Notes under the pieces: generated by a model | Seen by the model: the letters and a program-made list of their open reading frames with translations, nothing else | Told to the model about the DNA's origin: nothing | Database searches by the model: none | Shown here: positions 40,314-50,010 of the stretch, piece after piece | How the letters are laid out: every line of letters begins with the position of its first letter | Position numbering within the stretch: the stretch's first letter is position 1 | Source: Candidatus Undinarchaeota archaeon | GTDB taxonomy: Archaea > SpSt-1190 > JASMDC01 | Reading direction: 5' to 3' | DNA: 64,000 nt | Assembly: GCA_964519305.1 (NCBI GenBank) | Contig: CAZFHY010000015.1 | Coordinates: 1 to 64,000, forward strand | Made by a program: the position numbers and the translations under genes

Positions 40314-41969
40314 TTATGCTCCCGAGTAGAGCACATCGCCCGCTTGCTCACCCAGCTCGTCCCGACCGTCATGGTTGTCGTACGCGACCTTACCGTTCAC
40401 GAGCACGTAGTCGATACCCTCCGGGTGCTGGCACGGGTCCTCGAAGGTGGCGGTGTCCTTGAGGTCCTGATAGTCGAAGACAGTGATGTCGGCGCGCTTG
40501 CCTACCTCGATGGAACCGCGCTCTTCCTCTATGCCTAGTGCCTCTGCCGGCCGGTACGTCATCATCTGGACCGCTTCGGGCAAGGTAAGGACACCTTCGT
40601 CACGGGTGTACTTGGCCAGCACGCGGGGGAAGCTCCCATAAAGACGTGGGTGGGGTTTGCCCATGATCAGGCCGTCCGTGGCGATGGTCTGGTAGGGCAG
40701 CTGCATGAACTTGGCCTTGTTCTCCTCGCTCATGGAATGTGCTACCATCGACACGCCCATATCCTCGTCCTTTAGGAGGTCGAACACGTAGTGGAATGCT
40801 TGACGTGATGTCGGATCTATGCCCTTCTCCCGACAGATTTCGGCAACGCTCTTGCCCACATCGCCCTGATATGGGCTGCCGTCGTGGACCGAGGAGACGT
40901 AGATGCCCTCCCATCCCCCGTTCGAGAACTTGTAGAAGTTGTCCCAGTCACAGGGGCCCGGGGCCAGGATGTCGTCGATCATCTGCTCCCGCTGCTGGTC
41001 GTCGGCCAGACGCTTCACCGTCTCCTTCGAGCCACCATCGTGTGCCCAGGGAGGCAGCACTGCACCGAGCATAGTGGACCCAGCGGTGTAGGGGTACATA
41101 TCACTTGTGACGTTCACCCCTTCATCACGGTACTTATCGATGAGCTCGATCATCTCATCGGCCTTGGCCCAGTTTGGCAGACCAGCGGCCTTGAGGTGTG
41201 ATACATGGACATGGACACCGGTCTTCTTACCGACCTCCAGCACTTCCTTGAGTGAATCCACAACGTAATCGCTCTCGTTGCGGATGTGGACCATGAAGAT
41301 ACCGTCGTGCTTGGCGACCGTGGAGCACAGCGCTTCCACCTCCGGTGTGTCGGCATAACACGCGGGCGGGTAGATCAGACCTGTGGAGAGCCCATAGGCG
41401 CCAGATTGTAGAGATTCCTCCAAGACGTCCTGCATCTCTCGAAGCTCATTGGGCGAGGGCTGCTTATCCTCGGCCCCGATGACGTACTCGCGCAAGGTGG
41501 AGTGCCCTACCAACGAGGCCACGTTCGTAGCGGTATGGGCGTCAACGGAATCAAGGTACTCACCGAACTCGTTCCAGGTCCATGCGTTGCGGTCGATGGT
41601 GCCGTTGAGACCGGCCATTTTCTGTACCAATGCGTCCTTGTCGTTCTCTAGGACCGGGGCAACTGAGAGACCATCCTGGCCAGTGACCTGTGTCGTGACG
41701 CCCTGCTTGAGCTTGGGGGCATCACCTCGGTTCAATCCCTCAGGAGAGGGCGAGAACACCATGAGGTCCGAGTGAGAATGCATGTCGATGAATCCCGGGG
41801 CTACGTAGGCGCCATCGGCATCGATGATCCGGTCCGCGGATTGACTGTCCAGGTCGCCGATGGCCGTGATGATGCCGTCCTTGACTGCGACGTCAGCACT
41901 ATAAGGATCGCCACCGCGCCCGTCGACGATGGTACCGTCGCGGATGATCAGGTCGTATTCAGGATCCAT
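40314..41969 (-). CDS. N-acyl-D-amino-acid deacylase (amidohydrolase family)
   Basis: G.IVDG.G, APGFIDMHSHSD, GLSTGLIYPP, HIRNE, SHLK, YPYTAGST and PHPRLYGSFPR motifs. Confidence 0.92.
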   Translation of the reverse strand: MDPEYDLIIRDGTIVDGRGGDPYSADVAVKDGIITAIGDLDSQSADRIIDADGAYVAPGFIDMHSHSDLMVFSPSPEGLNRGDAPKLKQGVTTQVTGQDGLSVAPVLENDKDALVQKMAGLNGTIDRNAWTWNEFGEYLDSVDAHTATNVASLVGHSTLREYVIGAEDKQPSPNELREMQDVLEESLQSGAYGLSTGLIYPPACYADTPEVEALCSTVAKHDGIFMVHIRNESDYVVDSLKEVLEVGKKTGVHVHVSHLKAAGLPNWAKADEMIELIDKYRDEGVNVTSDMYPYTAGSTMLGAVLPPWAHDGGSKETVKRLADDQQREQMIDDILAPGPCDWDNFYKFSNGGWEGIYVSSVHDGSPYQGDVGKSVAEICREKGIDPTSRQAFHYVFDLLKDEDMGVSMVAHSMSEENKAKFMQLPYQTIATDGLIMGKPHPRLYGSFPRVLAKYTRDEGVLTLPEAVQMMTYRPAEALGIEEERGSIEVGKRADITVFDYQDLKDTATFEDPCQHPEGIDYVLVNGKVAYDNHDGRDELGEQAGDVLYSGA

Positions 41970-42022
41970 CCTATTTGTCCAGAGATAAGTGGGGGGAGGA
42001 GGTATATAAACCTTCCCTTTTT

Positions 42023-42054
42023 GTCACTACTCACAAGGAGTAACATATTTATAT
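42023..42054 (+). promoter_or_regulatory. Conserved 24-bp upstream motif plus TATA box (copy 1)
   Basis: GTCACTACTCACAAGGAGTAACAT then TTTATAT; contains TACTC-N5-GAGTA inverted repeat. Confidence 0.6.
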
Positions 42055-42076
42055 CAGTGGTGCCTACAATACTCCG

Positions 42077-42898
42077 TTGGTCTACACCGATGCCGTACAG
42101 TATGTGAAACCCAGTGAGGTCTACGGCTGGGAGCATGGTGATACCTACGACGCCCTTGTCGATGTCGCTAAAGAGGGAAAGTGGGAGGAGTACAATATCC
42201 CTCCCGCCGAAGTCGTGCACTTCCCCAACGGCGTCACCAAGGACCTGCCTAATGTTCATTACGTCATCGTCAACGGCCATCACCGCCATAACGCCGCGAA
42301 GCAGGCAGGCGGGAAATTCCCGGTTCTACCCGTGGACGTAGGGAAGAAGGGGCGCGATGGCTATGCCGAGAGCGCCATGCGCTATCATGGTGGTGGAACG
42401 TACGATTCCAAGTTCAATCCCTACAAACCAATGAAGGACAAGGATCCGGAATGGAATGCGGACGGAGCGCCCACGAAACATATCCTCAAGGAGTCGACCG
42501 AGATCAGCGACTACTGGGATGACATGTTCAAAGTAGATGCCCTGCGAGGCCCGGGGGTCCTGGAGAGCTCGGTCTATGATCTCCTACACGACAAGGCCTA
42601 CAAGCTCGGAAGAAAGAAAGTGGACAAGGTCGACCTTCAGATAGGTAGTTCCGTGTACGACCATGCTGCCAGCGGGAAGTCGACATCATTCGATTATGTG
42701 ACCATATCATATTCGGGCGACAAGGAGCATCCCGACAACATAGATGATCTCCTCGAGCATGGACGGGTAAAGGTGGGCAGCCGTTCTTTCAAGGCGAAGG
42801 ACGTGGCGAGCAAGCCCATCTATGACCTTCTTCCAAAGAAGGCCCGAAAAGAAACACCACACGAGATCGAACTGACGATTAACGTGGACCTCTATTGA
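42077..42898 (+). CDS. ParB/Sulfiredoxin-like N-terminal domain protein (copy 1)
   Basis: IPP..V...YVIVNGHHR.NAA motif; TTG start aligns with the ATG start of the paralog. Confidence 0.75.
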   Translation: MVYTDAVQYVKPSEVYGWEHGDTYDALVDVAKEGKWEEYNIPPAEVVHFPNGVTKDLPNVHYVIVNGHHRHNAAKQAGGKFPVLPVDVGKKGRDGYAESAMRYHGGGTYDSKFNPYKPMKDKDPEWNADGAPTKHILKESTEISDYWDDMFKVDALRGPGVLESSVYDLLHDKAYKLGRKKVDKVDLQIGSSVYDHAASGKSTSFDYVTISYSGDKEHPDNIDDLLEHGRVKVGSRSFKAKDVASKPIYDLLPKKARKETPHEIELTINVDLY

Positions 42899-43100
42899 GG
42901 CTTGCCCTTTCAAGAATTCTCCTGCCTTCTGATATGACCGACTCTCGATACCTTGAGATGGGATATTTCCAGGATTCCTGAGCTGTATAAGACCGTCACG
43001 TTCTATCGATTGATTATGGGGCTTCAGTAGGCGGATTAATATCACGAAAAACAATGGTTTCACGAAGGTGAAACCATCTGGAACAGTAAGTGTGCGACAA

Positions 43101-43131
43101 GTTACCACTCACGAGGAGTAACATTTATATA
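43101..43131 (+). promoter_or_regulatory. Conserved 24-bp upstream motif plus TATA box (copy 2)
   Basis: GTTACCACTCACGAGGAGTAACAT then TTATATA; 21/24 identical to copy 1. Confidence 0.6.
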
Positions 43132-43154
43132 TAGGACGAACTATCGTCGCTTGT

Positions 43155-43559
43155 ATGATCTACGCGGAAGCCATTGAGCATGGTAACCCACTCCTACTAG
43201 AGAACAACATCGCAGACCTCAAGGTAACTGCACAGGAGGATTATTCAGTCAGTGGCAGGACCTATGTAAAGGAGGGTGCCGAGTTCTCCTATGCATCCCT
43301 GCAAAGGTTCTGTCACAAACAGGGTATTGATATGCTGGACTTTGACGACATGCATGCTGTGGACAAGGCAGGTAACGATCTTTACACTGTCAAGGACCGG
43401 GTGTTCGACAAGAGCTATGATCTATGCGCTCAGCCACTTCACGTGAAGGACGGGCACGCCTATGGGACTGCCGTCACCAAGGACACGATCGAAGCCAATC
43501 TCGACCAGGTAGGTGGCTGGGACAACGTCGAGCGTGTCGAGAACTACTTCATGTACTAG
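43155..43559 (+). CDS. Hypothetical protein (134 aa)
   Basis: ATG about 25 nt after a TATA box; leads into the ParB-like paralog. Confidence 0.7.
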   Translation: MIYAEAIEHGNPLLLENNIADLKVTAQEDYSVSGRTYVKEGAEFSYASLQRFCHKQGIDMLDFDDMHAVDKAGNDLYTVKDRVFDKSYDLCAQPLHVKDGHAYGTAVTKDTIEANLDQVGGWDNVERVENYFMY

Positions 43560-43567
43560 GTGTCATC

Positions 43568-44392
43568 ATGACCTACACCGACGCTGTTGTATACGCGAAT
43601 CCCCGTGAAGTACTGGGGTGGGAGCACGATAATACCTACGATGCCCTGGTCGATGTGGCAAAGGAAGAGCGATGGGAGGAGTTGAACATTCCACCCGCTG
43701 AGGTCGTTTACTTCCCTAATGGCGTATCTGAACGCCTTTCTAATGTCCACTATGTCATAGTCAACGGTCACCACCGCCATAATGCTGCAAAGGAGGCAGG
43801 CAAGCCCTTCCCAGTGCTCCCTATCGATGTGGGGGAGGACGGCATGGAACGATACGCCTCCCTCGCCCGCGTCGGCGGTTATGATCCTGAACGTAATACC
43901 TACACCCCCATGGATCCGAAGGTCCCCGAGTGGAACGCCGATGGAACACTGACCACCCACTACCTCAAGGAAACCACGGAAGTAAAAACGCCCACGGATT
44001 GGACGCCTTGGTTCAAGATCAATGCCTTGCGCGGAGCGCAGGTACTGGACGGTACTGTGGACGAGCTGTTGCGCGATCCCGCCTACACATTGGACTCCCA
44101 TCAGGTGGACGCACTCAAGTTCCAGCTCGGAAGTAAGACCTACGACCACGCCAAGAGCTCAGAGTCTACCAGCTATGACTATTTCACCGTCGCCTATGCG
44201 GGTGGAAAAGAGCACCCCGGCTCGTACGAGGAACTCCTGGTCGACGGAGAGATACGTTTCAGCGGTCTCGACGATGAACGCACCTACAAGCTCAGCGAGG
44301 TGCGAGACACTCCCGTCCGGAAGCTTCTAAAAGCGAACCGCAATGACACAGTACACGAAGTGACACTAGCGATAGACGTGGACACCTACTAA
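43568..44392 (+). CDS. ParB/Sulfiredoxin-like N-terminal domain protein (copy 2)
   Basis: Full-length paralog of 42077..42898 (GWEH..TYDALVDVAKE..WEE.NIPPAEVV.FPNGV; VNGHHRHNAAK). Confidence 0.8.
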   Translation: MTYTDAVVYANPREVLGWEHDNTYDALVDVAKEERWEELNIPPAEVVYFPNGVSERLSNVHYVIVNGHHRHNAAKEAGKPFPVLPIDVGEDGMERYASLARVGGYDPERNTYTPMDPKVPEWNADGTLTTHYLKETTEVKTPTDWTPWFKINALRGAQVLDGTVDELLRDPAYTLDSHQVDALKFQLGSKTYDHAKSSESTSYDYFTVAYAGGKEHPGSYEELLVDGEIRFSGLDDERTYKLSEVRDTPVRKLLKANRNDTVHEVTLAIDVDTY

Positions 44393-44440
44393 TCGACCCA
44401 AAACCTAGGTTTAAATACTGACCCTCGGGCGGGCAGCGCC

Positions 44441-45349
44441 ATGACAGGGATCGAGGTCGATGATCTATATTCACAGTTCAACGCCGGCTACGAGCAGCTG
44501 GTTAGCGAGGTCGAAGAGAAAGGCTGGCCCCTCCCTGAAGATCCGGAGCACTACTTCCGGTTGTGCCTTTACAACGGCGACATAGCCATCACGGCGACCC
44601 TTGGCGCAGACGGGCCGCACCACATCGACATCATGACCCGGGCCGAGAACATGGACCGGGCAGGAATCCAGCAGCTCTTCCATATCTATTCCAACCAAAT
44701 CGCCTTCGAGAAGGGCGATTACGTTCGGGACCCATCGTTGTCGCTCTTCGCCCGGAACTTGGATGCAACGGACGAGCGCTTCTACATCGGGCAGGACTCC
44801 CCGCAGCTCAAACACCACATGGAGCAGGTCCGCGTCGCCTGGCAGGGACATGAAGATGACGCTCCCTATGGCATGACTGCGGGAACGGCAACGGCCTTCA
44901 CAACGGCGCTCGAGGTAATCGAAGTCGATTCTGCAGATCTGGAGAACAGGCCACGGCACGAGCGGTGGGGCGCGCAGTACAACCTCCAGCGCGGCACACT
45001 CAAGAACATCACCCATTTCCTCGACGCACAAGATGGCGTCGTATCGGTCGCTCCCGACCTGTACTCCGAAGTCCATGGCCAGGACGTGCAGGGCACATCC
45101 TCCCTGCACCTCGTCCAGACCGTCGGTCGGCGAGGGATACATATCGCTCTCGAACGGCCGAGGGAAGACGAGAACCAGGTCGTAGACCGGAAAAACTTTG
45201 AGCGTGCCCTCGGCGAGCTGGAACAGCTCGGTGTCGACCTCTCGGGGGAATGGGAGGTCACCACCGGCATGGAACATCACGCCTTCAACAAGGAGATTGG
45301 TAGATACTTCGAAAGAGGGTACCTCCTCAAGGAGAAGGGAGCGGTCTGA
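44441..45349 (+). CDS. Hypothetical protein (302 aa)
   Basis: TATA GTTTAAATA about 25 nt upstream; acidic globular composition; no family recognised. Confidence 0.7.
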   Translation: MTGIEVDDLYSQFNAGYEQLVSEVEEKGWPLPEDPEHYFRLCLYNGDIAITATLGADGPHHIDIMTRAENMDRAGIQQLFHIYSNQIAFEKGDYVRDPSLSLFARNLDATDERFYIGQDSPQLKHHMEQVRVAWQGHEDDAPYGMTAGTATAFTTALEVIEVDSADLENRPRHERWGAQYNLQRGTLKNITHFLDAQDGVVSVAPDLYSEVHGQDVQGTSSLHLVQTVGRRGIHIALERPREDENQVVDRKNFERALGELEQLGVDLSGEWEVTTGMEHHAFNKEIGRYFERGYLLKEKGAV

Positions 45350-45350
45350 G

Positions 45351-45854
45351 ATGGTGCTCGAACTATCCATGTCGGACTATGCCGACCTCACGAACGAGAA
45401 CGTCTATGCTGCGATCGAAGCGTCCTACCGCCTGGCCGGTGACGAGAGGGTGATGGTGAAGCTACCGTACGAGCTCAAGGACGCTGAAGGCGAGCAGGAT
45501 GTGCTTGATAGCGTGCACGAGCACTTCAGTGAACGATATGACACCTTGTCGACCTTCCTCGAGGAGGAGACTAAGGGTGAGCGCTTCAAGCGGTACGTCA
45601 CCCACGATATGTGGGTGCCAGAGAACGGGGATTACACAAAGCAGGTCTCGACGGGCATGCTGGGTCTCATCACAGCCGCCACTGCTGCGACGCTGCCCTT
45701 CACATGGGAGCTTCTGCCCATGGTGGGTCTCGCGGGATTCTTCACCGGCGTCGGCGTGGTCAGCCGGTATCAGGAAGCGAAGCAGCGGGACCAGACCAAG
45801 CTGGGCGCGTATCAGGGACTCGCGGAGCTGGACATAGAGTTCGTCTATGGTTAG
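45351..45854 (+). CDS. Hypothetical membrane protein (TM hairpin)
   Basis: ATG 1 nt after the upstream stop; Gly/Ala-rich hydrophobic hairpin near the C-terminus. Confidence 0.7.
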   Translation: MVLELSMSDYADLTNENVYAAIEASYRLAGDERVMVKLPYELKDAEGEQDVLDSVHEHFSERYDTLSTFLEEETKGERFKRYVTHDMWVPENGDYTKQVSTGMLGLITAATAATLPFTWELLPMVGLAGFFTGVGVVSRYQEAKQRDQTKLGAYQGLAELDIEFVYG

Positions 45855-45866
45855 ACCATAGAGCTC

Positions 45867-47609
45867 CTACGGGAACCAAGCGTCTCCGATGACATGATGT
45901 CCTAGGTATCGCCGGATGATGTTCTCCGGACCGAACCTGCGGACGATGCAGCGTATTAGGTCACGGGTCGTGCGTGTGGCCCTAGCATGTTCCATCACCA
46001 GGAATGAGCAGCGGTTGCCGGGGGTGATGGATACATCATGTCCTAGCACTTTCCCTCCGTTCACGGTTGCCATACGGAGCGTCTCTTTGTCGGTGAGCCT
46101 GCACCCCCTGGCAAGGAGCTCCATCTCGCGGAACATGTCGGGGGACGTTACGAAGCTGTTGTCGGTCCCGAGCCCGATCTGGAGCCCGGCATCGAGAAGG
46201 TCCCTGACGGGCGGGAGCTTGTTAGTGAGGGTGAGATTGGAGCGGGGGCACACGATGACTGACATCACGGCGTTTGCCGCGCACGTAGCATGCTTCGGTA
46301 GTGCGTGGGTCATGTGCACAGCGATGTCGACCCCCAGCTCAAGAGCGCGGTCCAACTGGCCGGGTCGGGGGACCTCGAGCACGTGGGCGGACACCGGTTT
46401 ATGAGCGCGGTGGGCTGCCGACACCATATCTGCATCCAAGGTGCCCGGGCTAGCTGCACCCAGACCGTCCGCCTCATTGACGACCGAAGCGAGCTCATCC
46501 GGATTATCGGCACGCCCCATCACGACCATGTTCAACGGCGAATAGGTGGTTGCTTCCCGGGCGAGACGGACGCCTACCAGCCCGCCTTCGCGGAAGTCAG
46601 AGACGACACCGGTCCCCATCCGGACCATCTCCCATGCGGTCTGTCGCATGGAGCTGGCTAACATCCCGGGAGGGGTCTGGGCGAGCAGGCGATGCTTGAG
46701 ACCATCGGGTGGCGCCACGAGCTCTTGGAGCGGGACGCTCTGGCCGATGTCAAGGAAGGCGCTGTCCCCCAGGTGGACGTGTGCGTTGACCATAGAGGGG
46801 ATGATGATGCGGTTCCGTCGGTCACTGGCCACTGGTCCCTCCTCGATCGAGGTGATTACACCATCACGGACCACCACTGCACCCTCCACGGGTTCAAGGT
46901 CGGGGCCCACTAGGGCGACACCTTCCTCGATAAGGTCCTGAGCGGGGACCTGTGCACAGAGGCCCTCGACCATGGAAGAGAACCATGCCTCGCCCTTGGC
47001 AAAAGTAGCATGTCGCGGGTCCCCCATGACACCCGTATTGGACTTGGCGAGGTCCAGGTTCTCGTGCGGTCGGGGGCCCGTGGAGAAGGTATCCCACTGA
47101 GGTGGTGCTGGTTCCACTACTACGGTGCTCAGGTCCGTACCAAAAAGGAAGGCGGCCAGCGATCCCTCGAACTCACCGGCGTGGCAGCATCCGCCCAGGG
47201 ACGAATCCCGCATCGAGTTCACAAGATTACGGTCTACGAGGTGCCATGTGTGGAGGAGCGTCACCCCTTGAAGAGCCTCCAATGCCTTCTTGTTCCCCCC
47301 GTGTCCGTTGATAACAATGATCTGACCTTCAAGTGAGCTCACAAGGTCCTGAATATAGGTGTGAAGCGACTCTGCCGACACTGAGACAGTCCCCGCCCTG
47401 GCACTATGTTCGTGGCTGTCGCCGACTCCCACCGATGGAAGGACCTGCGCCCCTGTACGGTCGGCTACTGCCGACACAAGGCGCTGAGCCACCATCGCGT
47501 CCGTGCCCAAGGGGAGATCGGGGCCGTGACCCTCCAGCGAACCTACTGGGACCAGGAAAGGTCGGACCACGAATCCAGTTCGGGGTGATGCCTCCTCCGA
47601 GGCGTACAT
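45867..47609 (-). CDS. Creatininase-family / amidohydrolase fusion protein
   Basis: N-terminal PVGSLEGHGPDLPLGTD, SHEH, NGHGGN, HAGEFE; C-terminal NAHVHLGD, APPDGLKHRLL, DFREGG, VH.TH, CPRSN, LGTDN. Confidence 0.88.
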   Translation of the reverse strand: MYASEEASPRTGFVVRPFLVPVGSLEGHGPDLPLGTDAMVAQRLVSAVADRTGAQVLPSVGVGDSHEHSARAGTVSVSAESLHTYIQDLVSSLEGQIIVINGHGGNKKALEALQGVTLLHTWHLVDRNLVNSMRDSSLGGCCHAGEFEGSLAAFLFGTDLSTVVVEPAPPQWDTFSTGPRPHENLDLAKSNTGVMGDPRHATFAKGEAWFSSMVEGLCAQVPAQDLIEEGVALVGPDLEPVEGAVVVRDGVITSIEEGPVASDRRNRIIIPSMVNAHVHLGDSAFLDIGQSVPLQELVAPPDGLKHRLLAQTPPGMLASSMRQTAWEMVRMGTGVVSDFREGGLVGVRLAREATTYSPLNMVVMGRADNPDELASVVNEADGLGAASPGTLDADMVSAAHRAHKPVSAHVLEVPRPGQLDRALELGVDIAVHMTHALPKHATCAANAVMSVIVCPRSNLTLTNKLPPVRDLLDAGLQIGLGTDNSFVTSPDMFREMELLARGCRLTDKETLRMATVNGGKVLGHDVSITPGNRCSFLVMEHARATRTTRDLIRCIVRRFGPENIIRRYLGHHVIGDAWFP

Positions 47610-47721
47610 GACTAGTCTATACCGGTCTTTGTTCCGTTATAAAACTTGCATGACCGGGAGCGCGCGCGTCGGGGAGACATTCCCTATATAAAGATTGCAT
47701 GGAAGGGCAACGCGGGCCCAT

Positions 47722-50010
47722 ATGGACACAGTGAAAGTGCGGGCGACGGGAATTTTCCTCTACTCTTTCGGCGCACTCATCTACGAGATAGCATTGATCA
47801 TGCTCCTACCCCTGCTTACTGGCTTCCTGTTCTTCGACCGGGCAGCTTCGCTCTTGGCAGTGGCCTGCTTCTTCATCGGCTCCGGTATCGGAGCCGTCAT
47901 TGGCGCGCGACTGGGCGACCGTTACCTCGGTACTGCCGTTTATGCACAGTTGTTATGTGTGCTCCTCCTTCCGCTCTTGGTCCCTTTCTTTAGTTCGAAC
48001 ATTCCTGATATATCATGCCTCTTTTCAAGTGAATGCATGGGTTCATGGGTTACGCAGGTGAGCGGGGACGCGCGGATATCCAATGCTATATGGGGCGAAG
48101 CTCTTCCGAGCACACCGGGGCCGTTCAGTAGGGAATATTATGGTATGGAGTGGGTGCTGGTCCTGGTCGCTTTCCCGTTCATCAGCGTTGGATATGTGAT
48201 CTCTCGCGTACTTGGGAGAGCATTAAACGACGGGGGACTCGCTAGCATGTACGCCTGGGACCTGGCAGGTGCCTGTCTCGGAGCAGCCCTGTGCGGATAC
48301 CTGATGATCCCTCAGCTCGGAATGGAGCTAACCCTCCTGGTGAGCCTTACCGCGAGCCTGGCAGGCGCCACCATCCTCGATATTGTCCGACCTCGCCCCC
48401 TCCCCGCCCTGATTTGCCTCGTGCTGGCCGCTAACCTCGTTCACATAGGGATCGAGCCCGGTGTTTCCCAGGGATGCCTCGATGAGGGGGACGAGCTCCT
48501 CTTCCGTGGCTGGTCCCCTCTCCAGCGGATCTCCCTCATCCGTTCCCAGAACGCCCACTGGTTCTGCTTCAATGGTGTCCGCTACAGCCTTGTTGCAAGA
48601 GCAGATCCGGGGAACAAAACACTCACCGAGCTCGGTCGGCTCGTATTCCAAGGGCTGCGTCCGCGTACCGTACTAGTGGTGGGTCCGGGCGGAGGGTATA
48701 AGGACGTGTACCAGGCGACGCTCGCCCACGAATCGGACCCTGCCGTGGCCGCTGCAGTGACCGCGGTCGAGGTGGAGCCGCTCATGGTCTCCACCCTCAC
48801 AGGTACGTACTCCCACGTCAATGATGGGCTCTATCTCTCCGATGGCGTCAACGTGATCAATGATGATGGCCGTGCTTTTCTGCAACGACCAGGCGACACC
48901 TACGATCTTGTCCTGTTCTCCAAGGTCACGGACCTGGCCACGTTCCGTTCCTATGTGCTCTCCGAGAATCGCATGTTCTCCATCGAGGGCATCCGACATA
49001 CCCTGTCCAGACTCTCTCCTGACGGGACCGTTGTGGTCGTTCTCACCTCGCGGCACGAGGCACAGGCACGGCGGCTCATCGCCACGGGTAGGGAACTGGG
49101 CGGTGAGCTCTTCCCTGACGGGCGCTGGCAGGACCATGTCAGGCTCCTGCGGCTCCCGGGTGGGGACACCCTCGGAGATGACCTTGTCATCGCTATATCC
49201 CTGAGCCCATCAGCTCTGGGCGTCCTGGACGGAGTCTCCGTGCCCGAGGCGGAGATGGTCGCATGGACCGCCGACATACGTCCCCTTTCCATGGACCAGC
49301 CATTCGCGTACAACGATCCGGTGGACAACATCCCCTCGGGTCTACAGAAGCTTGCGGCCGGAGCAGGCGCTATCATCCTGCTATTCTTGGTTACTGCGGG
49401 ACGTCTGCTGGCCCCGCTTGTCAAGCGACGAGGCCGGGCGTTGAGAGCGCTCCTTGTGTTCCTCATAATGGGGTGCTGGTCAATGACCTTCCAGGGGCTC
49501 TATCTCGCGAAAGCGGGAGAGGTTGTCGGAGTCTCGCTCGTCGCCAAGACCACCGTCATCACAGCATTCCTTCTCTTCGGCGGTATAGGGAGTCTGCTCG
49601 TGCCGCGGATACTTCCGCATCTTCACCTGCTTATCGCCCTTTTGCCTGTCGTGAACGTCCTTGTTCAGTCCTTGCTCCCAAATGCTATCACGCCGATCAT
49701 GAGCCTTCCTTCCCAACTGTTCACCTTGGCACTGTTCATCCTTCCACTTGCCTTGGTCAACGGGATGGTGTTCCCTGGGACGCTCCTGCTCGCGCGTCGG
49801 CTCGAGCCCGAGGTGGATGCTCCATGGGGGTACGCGGCGGATGTTGCCGGTGCCGTTCTCGGGGTGTTCCTCGCTGTCGGGCTGCCCATAACCTACGGGT
49901 ACAGCGCCACTCTGCGGTGGTTCCCATTCGTGGCACTGGTCCCCGCAGCGCTCCTCTACGGACTGGACATCGGGAAGACAGGGAGAGACCGTCTACCTAC
50001 CACACGGTGA
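47722..50010 (+). CDS. Membrane-bound spermidine-synthase-like SAM-dependent protein (TM-SAM-TM)
   Basis: YAWDLAGACLG TM block; VLVVGPGGG..D, AVEVEP, DDGRAFL...YDLV SAM fold; second TM block; TATA CTATATAA upstream. Confidence 0.8.
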   Translation: MDTVKVRATGIFLYSFGALIYEIALIMLLPLLTGFLFFDRAASLLAVACFFIGSGIGAVIGARLGDRYLGTAVYAQLLCVLLLPLLVPFFSSNIPDISCLFSSECMGSWVTQVSGDARISNAIWGEALPSTPGPFSREYYGMEWVLVLVAFPFISVGYVISRVLGRALNDGGLASMYAWDLAGACLGAALCGYLMIPQLGMELTLLVSLTASLAGATILDIVRPRPLPALICLVLAANLVHIGIEPGVSQGCLDEGDELLFRGWSPLQRISLIRSQNAHWFCFNGVRYSLVARADPGNKTLTELGRLVFQGLRPRTVLVVGPGGGYKDVYQATLAHESDPAVAAAVTAVEVEPLMVSTLTGTYSHVNDGLYLSDGVNVINDDGRAFLQRPGDTYDLVLFSKVTDLATFRSYVLSENRMFSIEGIRHTLSRLSPDGTVVVVLTSRHEAQARRLIATGRELGGELFPDGRWQDHVRLLRLPGGDTLGDDLVIAISLSPSALGVLDGVSVPEAEMVAWTADIRPLSMDQPFAYNDPVDNIPSGLQKLAAGAGAIILLFLVTAGRLLAPLVKRRGRALRALLVFLIMGCWSMTFQGLYLAKAGEVVGVSLVAKTTVITAFLLFGGIGSLLVPRILPHLHLLIALLPVVNVLVQSLLPNAITPIMSLPSQLFTLALFILPLALVNGMVFPGTLLLARRLEPEVDAPWGYAADVAGAVLGVFLAVGLPITYGYSATLRWFPFVALVPAALLYGLDIGKTGRDRLPTTR

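Noticed and set aside
42899-43100. AT-richer intergenic stretch and ORF 42707..43108 as a gene or ncRNA
   Set aside because: No recognisable motif or structure; the ORF overlaps a real gene on the opposite strand.
42077-44392. Chromosome partition (parAB) locus or prophage
   Set aside because: No ParA, HTH, integrase or virion genes visible.
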